Source: Chrysemys picta bellii (Eukaryota). Taken from it: DNA of 64,000 bases. Shown one piece after another: positions 43,110 to 54,428 of the stretch. Position numbers and translations under genes: made by a program. The stretch covers positions 310,001 through 374,000 of the forward strand of contig NC_088802.1 in NCBI RefSeq assembly GCF_011386835.1, in the 5' to 3' direction. Position 1 is the stretch's first letter, and the number at the start of each line of letters is the position of its first letter. Under the pieces are notes generated by a model. The model was not told where the DNA came from. It was given only the letters and a program-made list of their open reading frames with translations, and did not search any database.

Positions 43110-45339
43110 CAGTGATATTCAGTGAGAGCTACCCACTCTTTGAGAATGTTACGACACAAAGCAGCCCATTGGCACGTCTGACAAAAAACACTTCAGCTAC
43201 CAATAAATACAGCCCCTGAGTGCACGGTAAGTATTAGTAATTCTATCTTCAAACACAGTTTATAACGCAACATTATTACCCGTCTTTGTGGCACTCGCTA
43301 GTGGGAGAGGTGACAGCGACAAGCGTGACGAGTGGGTTGTAGGCGGTCAGGCCAAGGCCCATGCACGCATGAAGATGCTCATCCCTCAGGTGATTGGGTT
43401 TTTTATAATGTTCATGGCAGAAAACCCAGCTTCGCAGAGGTACATTGTCCGAACACGGTTAAAAGCCAGATGCTGGCTATTCTGAAACTGGTCAGCGGAC
43501 TGAGTCCAGAACTCGCAACATCCCGCTTCTCTGGCTTTTGCCTTCAAGACATCTGAGCTCTGGAGACTTACAATTTCTAATAGAAAGGCCCCTTCATTGA
43601 TAGACTCAAGAGTGATCTTTGCTTCAGAAGGGTGAGGTCCATCGGCAGAGACAACAAATAAAATCAAATCCTTGGGAATTTTAAAATTCTCAAATCCATT
43701 TTAAAAATTTTGATCAGATTGTTTAGGAATTCGTGCAGCGTTTTCATTGAGGTTTCATCTGTAGCAACAACATGCAATGTGGTAAAGTGCAACATCTTTC
43801 CTAGTTAAGTCTGCCTGAAAGATTTCAAGATTCCTCTGACAGGCACACAGTTTTTCAGACAGATCCCTGACACTGCTTGCACGACCATGGAGCTGCAAGC
43901 TGAAGGAATACAAGTGACCAGTAATAGCGCACAGAAAAGCCACTTGTGACATCATTCATAAATTCCAGGAACTTGCAACCTCGTTGGTCTTGTGGTTTGA
44001 AAGGAATTCTGTTATTTCTTTTTGAAGCGCACAACACCTGTATCATGCATCCCACTACTTAACCAGCGAAAGTCATGCTGCAACAGGTCACTGAATTTGG
44101 CTGAAATGTCTTGTAAAACAGTTTTATAAAGACAATGTTGCAAGCTAGAAGTTGAGCAGATGGGCAGGGATGATGTCCCCTGTTTGCCAGCATACGTACT
44201 TCATTAATCTCATCACAATACCCATTGTTTTTTTCAAGTCTCCAGAGAACTTATGCACAGGCCAGTCTGGTGAATGATGCAGTGAAGTGTATTTAATTAA
44301 GGGTGTATCACTGCCACATGTGAAGCACAGCTCATCTCTTTCCCTTTCACGGAGGGACCTCCGTCTGTAACAAGCAAGTTTACTTTCTGCAGACCTAAAC
44401 CCTTTTTTTTTTTTCAAAAAAAATTTTACCTTTCCAAAAATGCTCCTTCCTGTGGGGTAGGTTTCTAATGGTATTAAGCATAAAAATTCACCATCATAAA
44501 ATCTAACAAACAGCACTGGCTGGGGGGCGTCACTTAAATTGCTTGATTTGTCCACCACAGGAGCCGTGTGTTTGGCATTTTTAATCAGAAAGTAGTGCTG
44601 ACAGACAATCCACGTAAATTACAAATATCAGCCACTCTTCGCACTGCCATGGAATCAGACAGGGGAACCTGTGTCACACAAGTCACAATGTCAGCTTTGT
44701 TTTTATCTCCATCAATGAGCTCCTCCAGCAATGTGCGCTCCTTCACAAGCTCGGCAACCGGGAAAGGCCTTTTCCTTTTAGCTCGTGCCCACATTCTCCA
44801 ATGAGAGGCAGCCGTCGCTTTCCCCTGTACAGTTGCTGATCGCGTGAGAACATTTCAAGTGTGACACGAAGACTTCCGATTTTCAATGTTGTCACATTTT
44901 GCAGCACCACCAGGAGGCCAGGCCGTGTGGAAGTGACTGTGCTTTGAGTCAAAGTGGCACCTCCCAGTGGCAACCTTACAGACAGATCCAGTGGTTTGGC
45001 AGAGGAAACACAAAGGCTTTGCCTTTAAATGAAGTGGCATAATAAAGAGAAAATCCGCTGTGCAGCTTGGGTTAAATGCTTGGTTTTCGCTGGCGACTTT
45101 GTGACGTTTACTCCCCCCCTCGCATTTGTTTCCGGCTCCATTTACATCACCAATGATTAAAACAGGCGGCGTCCCAACTCAGTCGTAGCCGATGCTATCG
45201 GAGAACCTAAGCTCCAGTTCATTACTTACTAAGGAAGCCAGAGGCTGCACATCACTGCTCATGAATTTAGTTACAAACATTTTTTAAGGTGAGCTGGCGG
45301 GTTCACATTTGGCCCAGGGGCCGCCATTGACCAGCATCG
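43110..45339 (-). mobile_element. Decayed hAT (Charlie-like) transposon with a fragmented transposase
   Basis: Minus-strand fragments PLSDSMAVRRVADIC, VDKSSNLSDAPQPVLFVRF...FLCLIPL and MYLCEAGFSAM resemble the hAT catalytic and dimerisation regions. Flanks are CACTAGCC (43102-43109) and CACTAACA (45340-45347). Confidence 0.78.
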
Positions 45340-45397
45340 CACTAACAGCTGGGGTTAGAACCCAGGAGTCCTGGCTCCCACCCCACCCCCACTAGCC

Positions 45398-45807
45398 CCG
45401 TGGCTCTCAACCTTTCCAGATGACTGTACCCCTTTCAGGGGTCTGATTTGTCTTGCGTACCTTCAAGTTTCAATTAACTTAAAATAGACTTGCTTACTAA
45501 CTCAGACATCAAAATACAAAAGTGTCACAGCCACGATTATTGACAAATCGCTACTTTCTCCTTTTCACCATACAATTATAACATACATTGATTGGCATAT
45601 AAACATTGCACTTGCATTTCAGTGTATAGTACATAGTGCAGTAGGAAGAAGTCATTGTCTGTATGAAATTTTAGCTTGTACTGACTTGGCTAATACCTTT
45701 TGTGTAGCCTGTTGTAAAATTAGGCAAATCTCTAGATGCGACAATGCACCCCCTGGAAGACCTTGGTGTACCCCAACAGCACATGTGCCCCCCATTGAGA
45801 ATCACTG
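45398..45807. mobile_element. hAT-type MITE, 410 bp
   Basis: Termini CCGTGGCTCTCAA / TTGAGAATCACTG; 8-bp flanks CACTAGCC and CACTAGAC. Confidence 0.82.
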
Positions 45808-45809
45808 CA

Positions 45810-46285
45810 CTAGACCCCACTCCCCTCCCAGAGCTGAGAATAGAACCCAGGAATCCTGGCTCCCAGCCCCCCTGCTCTAACCCACCAGCCCCCCTGCTCT
45901 AACCCACCAGCCCCCACTCCCCTCCCAGAGCCGGGAGAGAACCCAGGAGTCCTGGCTCCCAGCCCCCCTGCTCTAACCCACCAGCCCCCACTCCCCTCCC
46001 AGAGCCGGGGAGAGAACCCAGGAGTCCTGGCTCCCAGCCCCCCTGCTCTAACCCACCAGCCCCCACTCCCCTCCCAGAGCCGGGGAGAGAACCCAGGAGT
46101 CCTGGCTCCCAGCCCCCCTGCTCTAACCCACCAGCCCCCCCTCCCCTCCCCTCCCCTCCCCTCCCAGAGCTGAGGATAGAACCCAGGAGTCCTGGCTCCC
46201 AGCCCCCCTGCTCTAACCCACCAGCCCCCACTCCCCTCCCAGAGCCGGGGAGAGAACCCAGGAGTCCTGGCTCCCAGGCCCCCCT
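45810..46285. repeat. Minisatellite with a unit of about 70 bp directly abutting the B3GALT4 stop codon
   Basis: AGAACCCAGGAGTCCTGGCTCCCAGCCCCCCTGCTCTAACCCACCAGCCCCCACTCCCCTCCCAGAGC, about 6 copies. Confidence 0.92.
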
Positions 46286-46290
46286 GCCCC

Positions 46291-47341
46291 TCACAGACCC
46301 TCCAGCAGGGCTAGCACCTTGCACCTCAGCACCCCCAGCCCCCTATGCAGTGGGGTACAGGCTCCCCCTTCTCCCCCCACCATAGCCCAGGCTGCCGCCA
46401 TTGCCTGAGGGCCCACCTGGTGCACGCTGTACAGCACCTCCCCGTAGCAGCAGGGGTCCATGGGGTAGTGGGTGGATCCAGCCATGCGGGCCGTGTGGGT
46501 GGGGGCCAAGCCAGCCCAGCGAGCGCACAGCCCCACGTAGACATCCTCCAGGGGCACGGGAGGCACGTGGGGGGCAGCCCCCAGCACCCCCAGGGCAGCG
46601 TCGCCGGACAGCACGTAGGCCGTGCCGCTGCAGTAGGGGGGGAAGGCCCAGCCGGGTAGGCGGAGGCCGGGACGTGGTGCCGGTTGCCGGGGTCGCGATT
46701 GGGCTGCACCCGCCAGTGGACCCGGCCCAGGTAGAGCCGGTGAGGGCTGGGCAGCACCCCCAGGTGGCGGGCCAGGACGGGCAGGTTGAGGAAGACGTCG
46801 TCGTCGACCTTCACCACAAAGGCGGCGCCAGGGCAGTGGGCAGCCGCCCAGCCCAGCAGCATCATGGTCTTGAGGGTCAGGTTGGCGTAGGTGTCGGCGA
46901 AGCGGCCCTGGACCAGGTCCCCGTGCCGCTGGGACTCTTCCTCCAGCCGGGCCTGCTCCTCGCCCGAGCCCGGCGCTCCCAGGGTGAAGAGCGTCCGCAC
47001 CGGGTACCCCCCGGCCCTGTGGGCGCCCCCCCAGCTGGCACGCACCGCCTGGCGCTGGGCCGTGTGCCCCGGCGCGCTGGTCACCAGCACCAGCAGGAAG
47101 GGGCCCGGGGCCTGCAGCCGTCCACGTTGGGCAGCAGGAAGGAGTCGGGGCCAGGCAATGCGGGGTCTGCGTGCAGGAAACCTCCCCCGCCTCCCAGGAA
47201 GGGGGCCAGTGACCACGATAGCAGCTCCTCCCCTGTGCCCCCAACCAGGAGGCTCACAAGCGCCAGCCCCCCCAGCCCTGCCAGCAGCCCCCGCAGCAGC
47301 CAGGCAGAGGGGCGCCGGGCGGGGCAGAGCCGGGGGGCCAT
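46291..47341 (-). CDS. B3GALT4: Beta-1,3-galactosyltransferase 4 (GT31, GM1/GD1b synthase type), single coding exon, two apparent -1 frameshifts
   Basis: Three overlapping ORFs join into one protein: N-terminal TM region and GEELLSWSLA (47341-47113); FLLVLVTSAPGH, NLTLKT, KVDDDVF and LYLGRVHW; then FPPYCSGTAYVLS, EDVYVG and CCYG. Frame breaks lie near 47112 and 46653. The position in the MHC block supports orthology. Confidence 0.88.
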
Positions 47342-49609
47342 ATGGGGTGAGGGGGAGTCAGCAGGTGGTGGAGGTTGCCTAAGAGAGAGAGAGAGAGAGA
47401 TGGGGGATCACGCACAGAACAGCCCCCCAGTAGGAGCCCCCCACTACCCCGGCCCACAGCTACCCCCTTGGAGGCAGTGGATGGAGGGAGAAGGCAAGAC
47501 AGAGGCACATCGTGGGGAGGGGGGACTGGGAGCACAGTGGATGGGGGGATGGAAATTTGGGGGGATGGGTGGGGTAAGCAGCGGAAGAGGGGGCAGGGGC
47601 CAGAGGCGGATGGGGAGGGGGCCAAGAACCGGGGGGGCCGTGGAGGGGAAGGGGGGCAGGGCCCCAGGGGGTCGTGGCGGGGGAGGGGCGAGGAGGGCAG
47701 GAGCCGGGTGGGGGGCTGAGGCGGAGGGGAGGAAGGGGGCAGGAGCCGGGGGTACGCGGGGCAGGAGCCGGGGCGGGTACGTGGGCAGGGGGCGAAGGGG
47801 GGGCCCGAGGAGCCGCGCTCACCTCCCGGCCCCGCCCCGCTCCGCTCCGCGCTGCGTCGGTGCCCCCGCCCCCCCAGCGGTAGCTCGTGAGCCGTGTGCA
47901 CAGATCTGTGTAAGGACCGTGCGTGTGCCGGGGGCACACCCAGATCCCCTGTCACGCGAGCTGCCCTGCCTCGCGGAGCGGATTTCACTAGGGAAGCGGC
48001 ACCCAGGAAAATACAAGCCCTGGGGAGGGGGGATATGGTGGCTGTGTGCACAGACCATCCACCGGGCCCCCCAGTCACCTTCAACCCTCTTCTCCCCAGC
48101 TCTGCCCTCCCGCCCGCTGGGGTGTAGCTGGGGGGGGGCCCGGGGTTTCCGAAGCAGGCCCCCCCCAGCACACAGGGGGCTGCTGGAGCCCGGCCCAGCC
48201 ATGTCAGGAGGGGGAGTGCCTGGGGCTGTCCACCACACTGCAGGACCGGCTCACCGGCCAGGGCCCCCAGGAGCAAGCCCCACCTGGGGGTCCATCGGCC
48301 CCCGCAGGAACTGCTGGGACCTGTAGGCTGAGACCCAGGGCTGCTCTAAGGCAGTGGGGAAGGGAATACCGATCTACCTGTGGCAATGGGGGACAAAGCG
48401 CTCTGCACCAATGGGGTGCCACTAGCCCCCACCTGGAGTGGGACCATGGGCCTGCAGCCCCCAGCAGCGCTCCACGCAGCACCGCCTCTTTCCCGTCCAT
48501 ACACCATGAACTGAGCCCCCACCCCATGGCCTGGGAGCTCTCAGGGACAGGTTACTCCCTCCTGCTCTCCCCACCCCCAAGCCGGGGAACCCCACAGTGT
48601 ACGGTGCTATGGGGCAACTCCAGTACGCCACCCTGACCCCTCAGGCTATGCTCACCCCCAGCCCTCCCCCCAGCTGGTCCCTGAGCTGGGCTGAGCAACA
48701 TTGCTGAGAGGGTCTGGATCGGCAGGGCCAGGGCACGGGCATCTCATTGCATCACGCTGCCCCACCACTGTGCTGAGCGTCGGCGTGTTGCTAGCGGCAC
48801 TGCCCACGGGGTTAGCCGGACCAGGGGCTGGCCCAGGCGGAGCAGGAGATGGGGCTCAGAGATGGTGCGTTCAAACCAGCCGTGGCCCCAGCCCCTTGCC
48901 TGTGGAGGTACCAGGGGCACTGCCAGCAGGGTAGAGCCATCTCTATCCCATCCCTGCACTGAGCATGGAGCTCTGGGGCTGGGGTGAATGGGAAGGACAG
49001 AACCCAGGAGTCCTGGCTCCCAGCCCCAGCCTGCCCTTCCCAGAGCCGGAGAGAGAACCCAGGCGTCCTGGCTCCCAGCCCCGGTCTGCCCTTCCTAGAG
49101 CCAGGGAGAGAACCCAGGAGTCCTGGCTCCCAGCCCCCCCACCCCACAGCAGTCACAGTCGGACAAGAACCCCACCGGCTCCCAGCCAGGGAGGGGGCTG
49201 CGAGGCGCAGATGCCTGCCCGAACTCCAGAACAGAGCTACGGCTCCTGTTCCACCCATCCAGCTCCTGTCCAGGCCAGGGGGGCTCTGAGCTGCAGTCAT
49301 ATTGAGGCCACCCCATAGCGTGTGGGGATTCTCTCCAGGGGGCCGTGGGCTCTGGGATAGGCCCCCCCCCCAAGCCCAGAGAAGAAGGGAGCCTCTCTCC
49401 CCACCCTGCTCCCTTCCTCCCAGGGCGGCTCCAAGGGGGCTGGTGGCTGTTGCCCCCTCCCTCAGATCCCCTTAGGGGCAGGCAGCCTTTGTGACACTGA
49501 ACATCTCTGGGCCCCCACGTTCCATGAACACATCTGGCCCCCCACCCCCACCCCACTGACAGACCCTCTGCCCAAACCAGAGCCAGCTGCACTGGGCCCA
49601 GATGCCCCA

Positions 49610-49980
49610 GGTGTAGATAAATCTGTGGATTAAGCATTTTCGCATAACTGTGTATCATTTTCACATGACTTTGTATTGTGCCTCTTCATAGAACCTTGTA
49701 TTAAGTCTTTCCATCTATAACCTCTATTTTCATACAACTTTGTATCAAATCCTTAGATAGAAACTTTGTATTGAGCCTGGGGGTAATGTTATTGCCCCTA
49801 AGGAGAGTTAAGGTAGAAGGAAACTGTCTTTTTGCTCGGAGTGGAAGCCAGACCCAAGACCAATAAAACTTGTCAAGTGGGCTCACTAAAGAAGATCAGA
49901 CATATTGACGGCCTCGGGGGTTAGACATGAGCACTTTCTTTTGAAAACACCCTCTTTGAAAATAAACGTGGCAGCATTAA
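49610..49980 (+). mobile_element. Possible LTR remnant
   Basis: An abrupt AT-rich block starting TGTAGA with internal TTTGTATT repeats and AATAAA. Boundaries are not resolved. Confidence 0.3.
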
Positions 49981-50184
49981 GACAACACCCAGAAGGAAGC
50001 GCCACAGATGACCAATGGACACAGACACAGATTTTGAAGCTGGTACAGATTTGCATGAGCGGGTCTCGTCTTGTCAACATGGGAGCATTGCACGGGATAC
50101 CATATAATGACCGTATAATGACGTGCTAGCAGGAGGGCTAGGACGTAGCTGGGATAATAATTAGCCCCATGGTACTGCACAAGA

Positions 50185-50435
50185 TATGACATCATTAATG
50201 CTGTGTCGGTGATGACTTATGATGCCAGGTATGATGATGTCATTAATGCCGTGTCGGCGATGTGCTATGACTCTCGGTGTGATGTCTTTAATTGTGTGGC
50301 GGCGATGTGCTGTGACGCTGGATATGATGTCATTAACTGTGCGTCGGTGACGCGCTGTGATGCTGGGTGTGACGTCATTGTGCGTCGGTGACGCGCTGTG
50401 ATGCTGTGTGTGATGTCATTAACGCTGTGTGAGTA
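50185..50435. repeat. Degenerate tandem repeat of about 45 bp, 6 units, each with a TGA(C/T)GTCA-like motif
   Basis: TGACATCATTAA, TGATGTCATTAA, TGATGTCTTTAA, TGATGTCATTAA, TGACGTCATT and TGATGTCATTAA at roughly regular spacing. Confidence 0.8.
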
Positions 50436-50519
50436 ACATGTGAATCTCATGGCTCCCGTGCTCCTGCTGTGGACCCGGGGGGGGGGGTCTCCGGGATTTA
50501 ATTACATGGGCCCAGGCAG

Positions 50520-51015
50520 GTAACTAACTTCCCGCCCTGACCCAGGCTCCGCCATCTTTGAACGGAGCGGAAGTAGCTTCCTTCCCATTTCAGACACGGG
50601 TGGCCGCCATCTTGGAACAGGGCGGAAGTAGGCGCATTCCCCCTTCCCCGGCTAGCGATGCCGCCATATTGGAAAAAGGCGGAAGTGGCTTAATCTGCTT
50701 CTCGCATGATCCCGCGGCCATCTTGGAAAGAGGCGGAAGTGAGCTGCCTTTCAGGGCCCCCCAGCCAGCGGCCATATTGGAAGCGGGCGGAAGTGGAAGG
50801 CTATTTCTCTCTGCCCCGTCTTCCTTTTCCCCCAACCCGGGAGGGCGGCATTGGTCCTGATCCCGCGGCGGGAGGAAGGGGACGGACTCAGAGGCCGGAC
50901 TACAAATCCCATGGTGCACTGCGGCGCCCGGCGGAAGTGGACTGTACCGGAAGCCGGGTCGAGAGGTCGCATGCACGGAGTAGGGCGGGGCTCAGCGCCG
51001 GAGCAGCGCGGAGCG
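50520..51015 (+). promoter_or_regulatory. PFDN6 promoter with a YY1-ETS module array and a ZNF143 motif
   Basis: Five GCCAT(C/A)TT...GCGGAAGT modules at 50549-50794, and ACTACAAATCCCATGGTGCA at 50899-50918. Confidence 0.78.
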
Positions 51016-51121
51016 GTAAGTACCGGTGGGGGCGGGGGGCGCTCGGGGGGAGGGGCCATGTGGGGTCCCCCCGCTCTAACCCCCCTCCCCCCGCAGGCGG
51101 ACCGGACCTGACCGGACCCTC

Positions 51122-53467
51122 ATGGCGGACCTGATCCAGAAGACGCTGCAGGGCGAGCTGGAGAAATACCAGCAGCTGCAGAAAGGTGCCGGCCCCTCCC
51201 TCTCTCCCTCCCCCCCATAACCCGCCTCGGTCCCATCGCCCCTGCCCCATAACCCCCTACCCCATACGCCTCCCGCCGCCCCATAACCCGCCTCGGCCCC
51301 CTTCCCCTCCCCCCATCGCCCCCTCCCCCCGCCCCATAGCGCGCCTCGGCCCCCTCCCCCCGGCCCCCTTCCTCTACCCTCCATCACGCCCCCGCCATCC
51401 CCCAAGGCCTCCCCTCCCGCCCCATAACCCCGGGACCCCTGTCCCTCCATCACCCCCTCCCGCCGCCCCGTTCCCCTCCAGCCCATAACCTGTCCCTTTC
51501 CTTTCCCGCTATCCCCCCCTGCCCCATAACCCGCCTCGACTGCCTCTCGCCCCCCCATAACCCGCTCCCGCCACCCCATAACCCGCCTCAGTCCCATCCC
51601 CCCGCTGCCCCATAACCCGCCTCGGCTCCCTTCCTCCCCCCCCATCACCTCCCTGCCCCCGCTATCCCCCAAGGCCTCCCCTCCTGCCCCATAACCCCTG
51701 GACCTCCGTCCCCCCATAACCCTCCTCGACCCCCTTCCTCTCCCCTCATCACCTCCCTGCCCCCACCAACCCCTGGGCCCCCATCCCTCCATCAGCCCTC
51801 TCCCCGCATCGCCTCATAACCCGTCTCCGACCCCTTCCCCACTACGCCTCTGCCCTATCATCCTCCTTCCGCCACCCCTCATCGCCCCATAACTCGCCCC
51901 CGCCACATAACCCCTGGGCTTCCCCTTCCCCCATAACCCGTGTCCATGACATAAACCCAGGTCTCCCCTTTCCCCATCACCTCCCCACTAATTCCTGCCC
52001 ATAACCCACTGCCACCTTGGGTCCTGCCCCCAGTGCCTGTCCCTAACCCACCTGTGCCTGATAGTCCCCCATCCCACCCCCAATAACTTGCTTGTACCCT
52101 ATAGCCTACTGCACCCTATAATCCATCCCTGTACCTCCTCCCCATAACCCTCCTTCATAGCCCAACCTCCCTGCAACCCGGCACCCTGCCTCATAACCTG
52201 CCTAACCCCATAATCCTTCTGCCAACCCCCTTCATCTGCTGCATCTCCTCTTCCCCAGGGTCCTGCCCCCCTTCACTGTGGGCCTCCACAGTCCATCCCC
52301 CCCTTTCCCACCCTCTGGGGTCCCTGCATCCCATTGAGCTTCCAGGGTCCCTGCTGCCCCGCCCCGCCCCCACCCTGACAAACAAACTGCCCTAAGTTCC
52401 TCAGATTCCCTCCCCACCTTCATTGCACCCTCCACGTTCCCTCCCCCCACATCCCTGAACCCCACTTCTGCCCTCTTCACCCAGTTACTCTTAAGGCGAA
52501 TACACCGGCTGGGGAAGGGGCTGGCTTGGCAGGCTGTGGGCTCTGATCCCAGTGGGGAGAACTTCCCTGCCCTGGGGCCTCCCTGCCGCCTGACCCTCTT
52601 CCTGTACCCTGAGCACTGGCACAGAGACCCCCCCCCCAGCCTGCAGAGCCCCATTGCGGGCAGAGTGAAGCTGGCTCTCTGTGTCCTTCCCCCCCGGTCT
52701 CCTGCAGACCCAGGGGTTATTCACCTGTGCTGTACTATGAGATGACAGGTTGATTTCTGGGGGGCTGTGAAGGGGGCAGGGGTCTCTGGTGCCCCCAATG
52801 GGGCTGCAGCACTGCAGCTCATGGGGTTCCTCTGCGTGTGCCCCTCAGATCTCAGCAAGTCCATGGCGGCGCGGCAGAAACTGGAGGCACAGTTGACTGA
52901 GAACAACATTGTCAAGGAGGTGAGTTCACCTGCCCCCCCTAATTCTGTACCCCCCCTCCCCCCTCGGCTGCCCCTCACCTCCCCTTGTTCTGCCCCCCAC
53001 AGGAGCTGGGGCTGCTGGATGCCACCAACACCGTCTACAAGCTGATTGGCCCGGTGCTGGTGAAACAGGACATGGACGAGGCTAAAGCCACCGTCAGCAA
53101 GCGGCTGGACTATATTGCCGGGGAGATGTACGTGTGTGGGGGGAAGGGGGGGTTTCCTGTGTGGGGGTCTGGCTCCCTGCCCCTCCAGCCCCCAGGCAGG
53201 GGCCCTGGCTGGCTCACCGGATGGGAAATGGGCCTTTCCCCAATCCAGCCCCACGGTGGGCAGGGGCCTGAGCTCTGGGGCCTCTTGTTTTCGGGGCTGG
53301 GGGGAGGGTTCTAGGCCCGGCTCACTCTCCCCTTTCCCCCCCCCAGCAAGCGCTACGAGCTGCAGATGCAGGAGTCGGAGAAGAAGGCAGAGCAGCAGCG
53401 GGAGGTGCTGGCCCGGCTGCAGCAGGAGTATCAGCGAGCCCAGGGCAAGGGGGCTGCCAAGGCATGA
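51122..53467 (+). CDS. PFDN6: Prefoldin subunit 6, 126 aa, complete
   Basis: Exons 51122-51185, 52849-52919, 53003-53127, 53347-53467 total 381 nt: MADLIQKTLQGELEKYQQLQKDLSKSMAARQKLEAQLTENNIVKEEL...VYKLIGPVLVKQ. A non-coding exon 1 ends at a GTAAGT donor (51016). Confidence 0.96.
51200..52230 (+). repeat. C-rich low-complexity intron with about 20 CCCATAAC motifs (PFDN6)
   Basis: CCCATAACC recurs every 30-60 bp without a fixed unit. Confidence 0.75.
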
Positions 53468-53525
53468 GCCGGTGCTTGGGGGGGGGGGGGGGGGGGGGGC
53501 TGTATTTAAGTTTTTCACTGTTTGA

Positions 53526-53531
53526 AATAAA
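53526..53531 (+). terminator. PFDN6 polyadenylation signal
   Basis: AATAAA about 60 nt after the stop codon. Confidence 0.8.
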
Positions 53532-53761
53532 GAGGTGATGCACAAACTGCTGGCACCTGGCCCTCTGTGCCCCCCTCCCCTTGGTACCCACTCACCGGCC
53601 CTGGGCCCCTGCTGTTCACCAGCTGGGCTTGTCTCTGTGCCCCTGGCTGCCTGCTGGCAGGGCAGAGCAGAGCATGATGTGCTTTGCCCCCTCTGCTTTC
53701 TCTGGCTGTGCCCTGCACGGCTCCCTCCCAACACAGCTCTCTGCCAGCTGCTTCTAGTGTC

Positions 53762-53767
53762 TTTATT
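53762..53767 (-). terminator. Probable RGL2 polyadenylation signal
   Basis: TTTATT on the plus strand (AATAAA on minus), about 660 nt past the RGL2 stop and tail-to-tail with PFDN6. Confidence 0.6.
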
Positions 53768-53969
53768 GCGTTAGTGTTACAGCAACGAGGGCTGGGGCCA
53801 CAAGCCCCTATACAGTGATTGGGGGTGGGACACACAGTGCTTCCCCCCCCCCCACCTCCAGGTGGGACAAATCCCTGAGAAGCTGCCATCTCAGCACCAG
53901 TGGGGGCACCCCACGTCCCACCCATGTCTAGTGGGGAGTTACCCCCCTGGCCTCCCCCAGAGTCCTTCT

Positions 53970-54120
53970 GGCAGGGGTGAGACCATGCTGTAGGAGAGTG
54001 GGGGTCACTGCCCTGCCCCACAGGGGTGAGACCATGCTGTAGGAGAGTGGGGGTCACTGCCCTGCCCCACAGGGGTGAGACCATGCTGTAGGAGAGTGGG
54101 GGTCACTGCCCTGCCCCCCC
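53970..54120. repeat. Three copies of an approximately 50-bp unit in the RGL2 3' UTR
   Basis: GGGGTGAGACCATGCTGTAGGAGAGTGGGGGTCACTGCCCTGCCCC x3. Confidence 0.9.
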
Positions 54121-54428
54121 AGGGGCAACCCACCCCCAGCTGTAGCTCCTGGGTGGACAGGAAGTAGGTCCTGGCTTCGGAGGGAGGGGCTGTCAGGACA
54201 TCACCCTTTCAAGGCACTTAGGTCATGGCCCTGAGGCTGCTGGCTGGGCAGGCTGCCCCCTGGACAGTGCTGGGGCAGACCAGACCCTGATGCCAGGAGA
54301 GATGAGGGCAGGCCAAGCAGACAGCCCTAGGCACGGTGTGGCTCCAATTCCCTTCCCCATAGCCTGGGCGCAGGTCACTGCCTTTCCTCCAGGCCCAGGA
54401 AGCCCCAGGGCGGTTTTGGGGTTCGCCC

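Noticed and set aside
43330-45060. Domesticated hAT-derived gene (ZBED/GTF2IRD2-like)
   Set aside because: It is fragmented by many stops and frameshifts outside homopolymers and retains termini and a TSD-like flank, so it is a decayed transposon.
46401-48326. 641-aa plus-strand ORF
   Set aside because: It is the antisense shadow of GC-rich B3GALT4 coding sequence and its CpG island, and has no recognisable domain.
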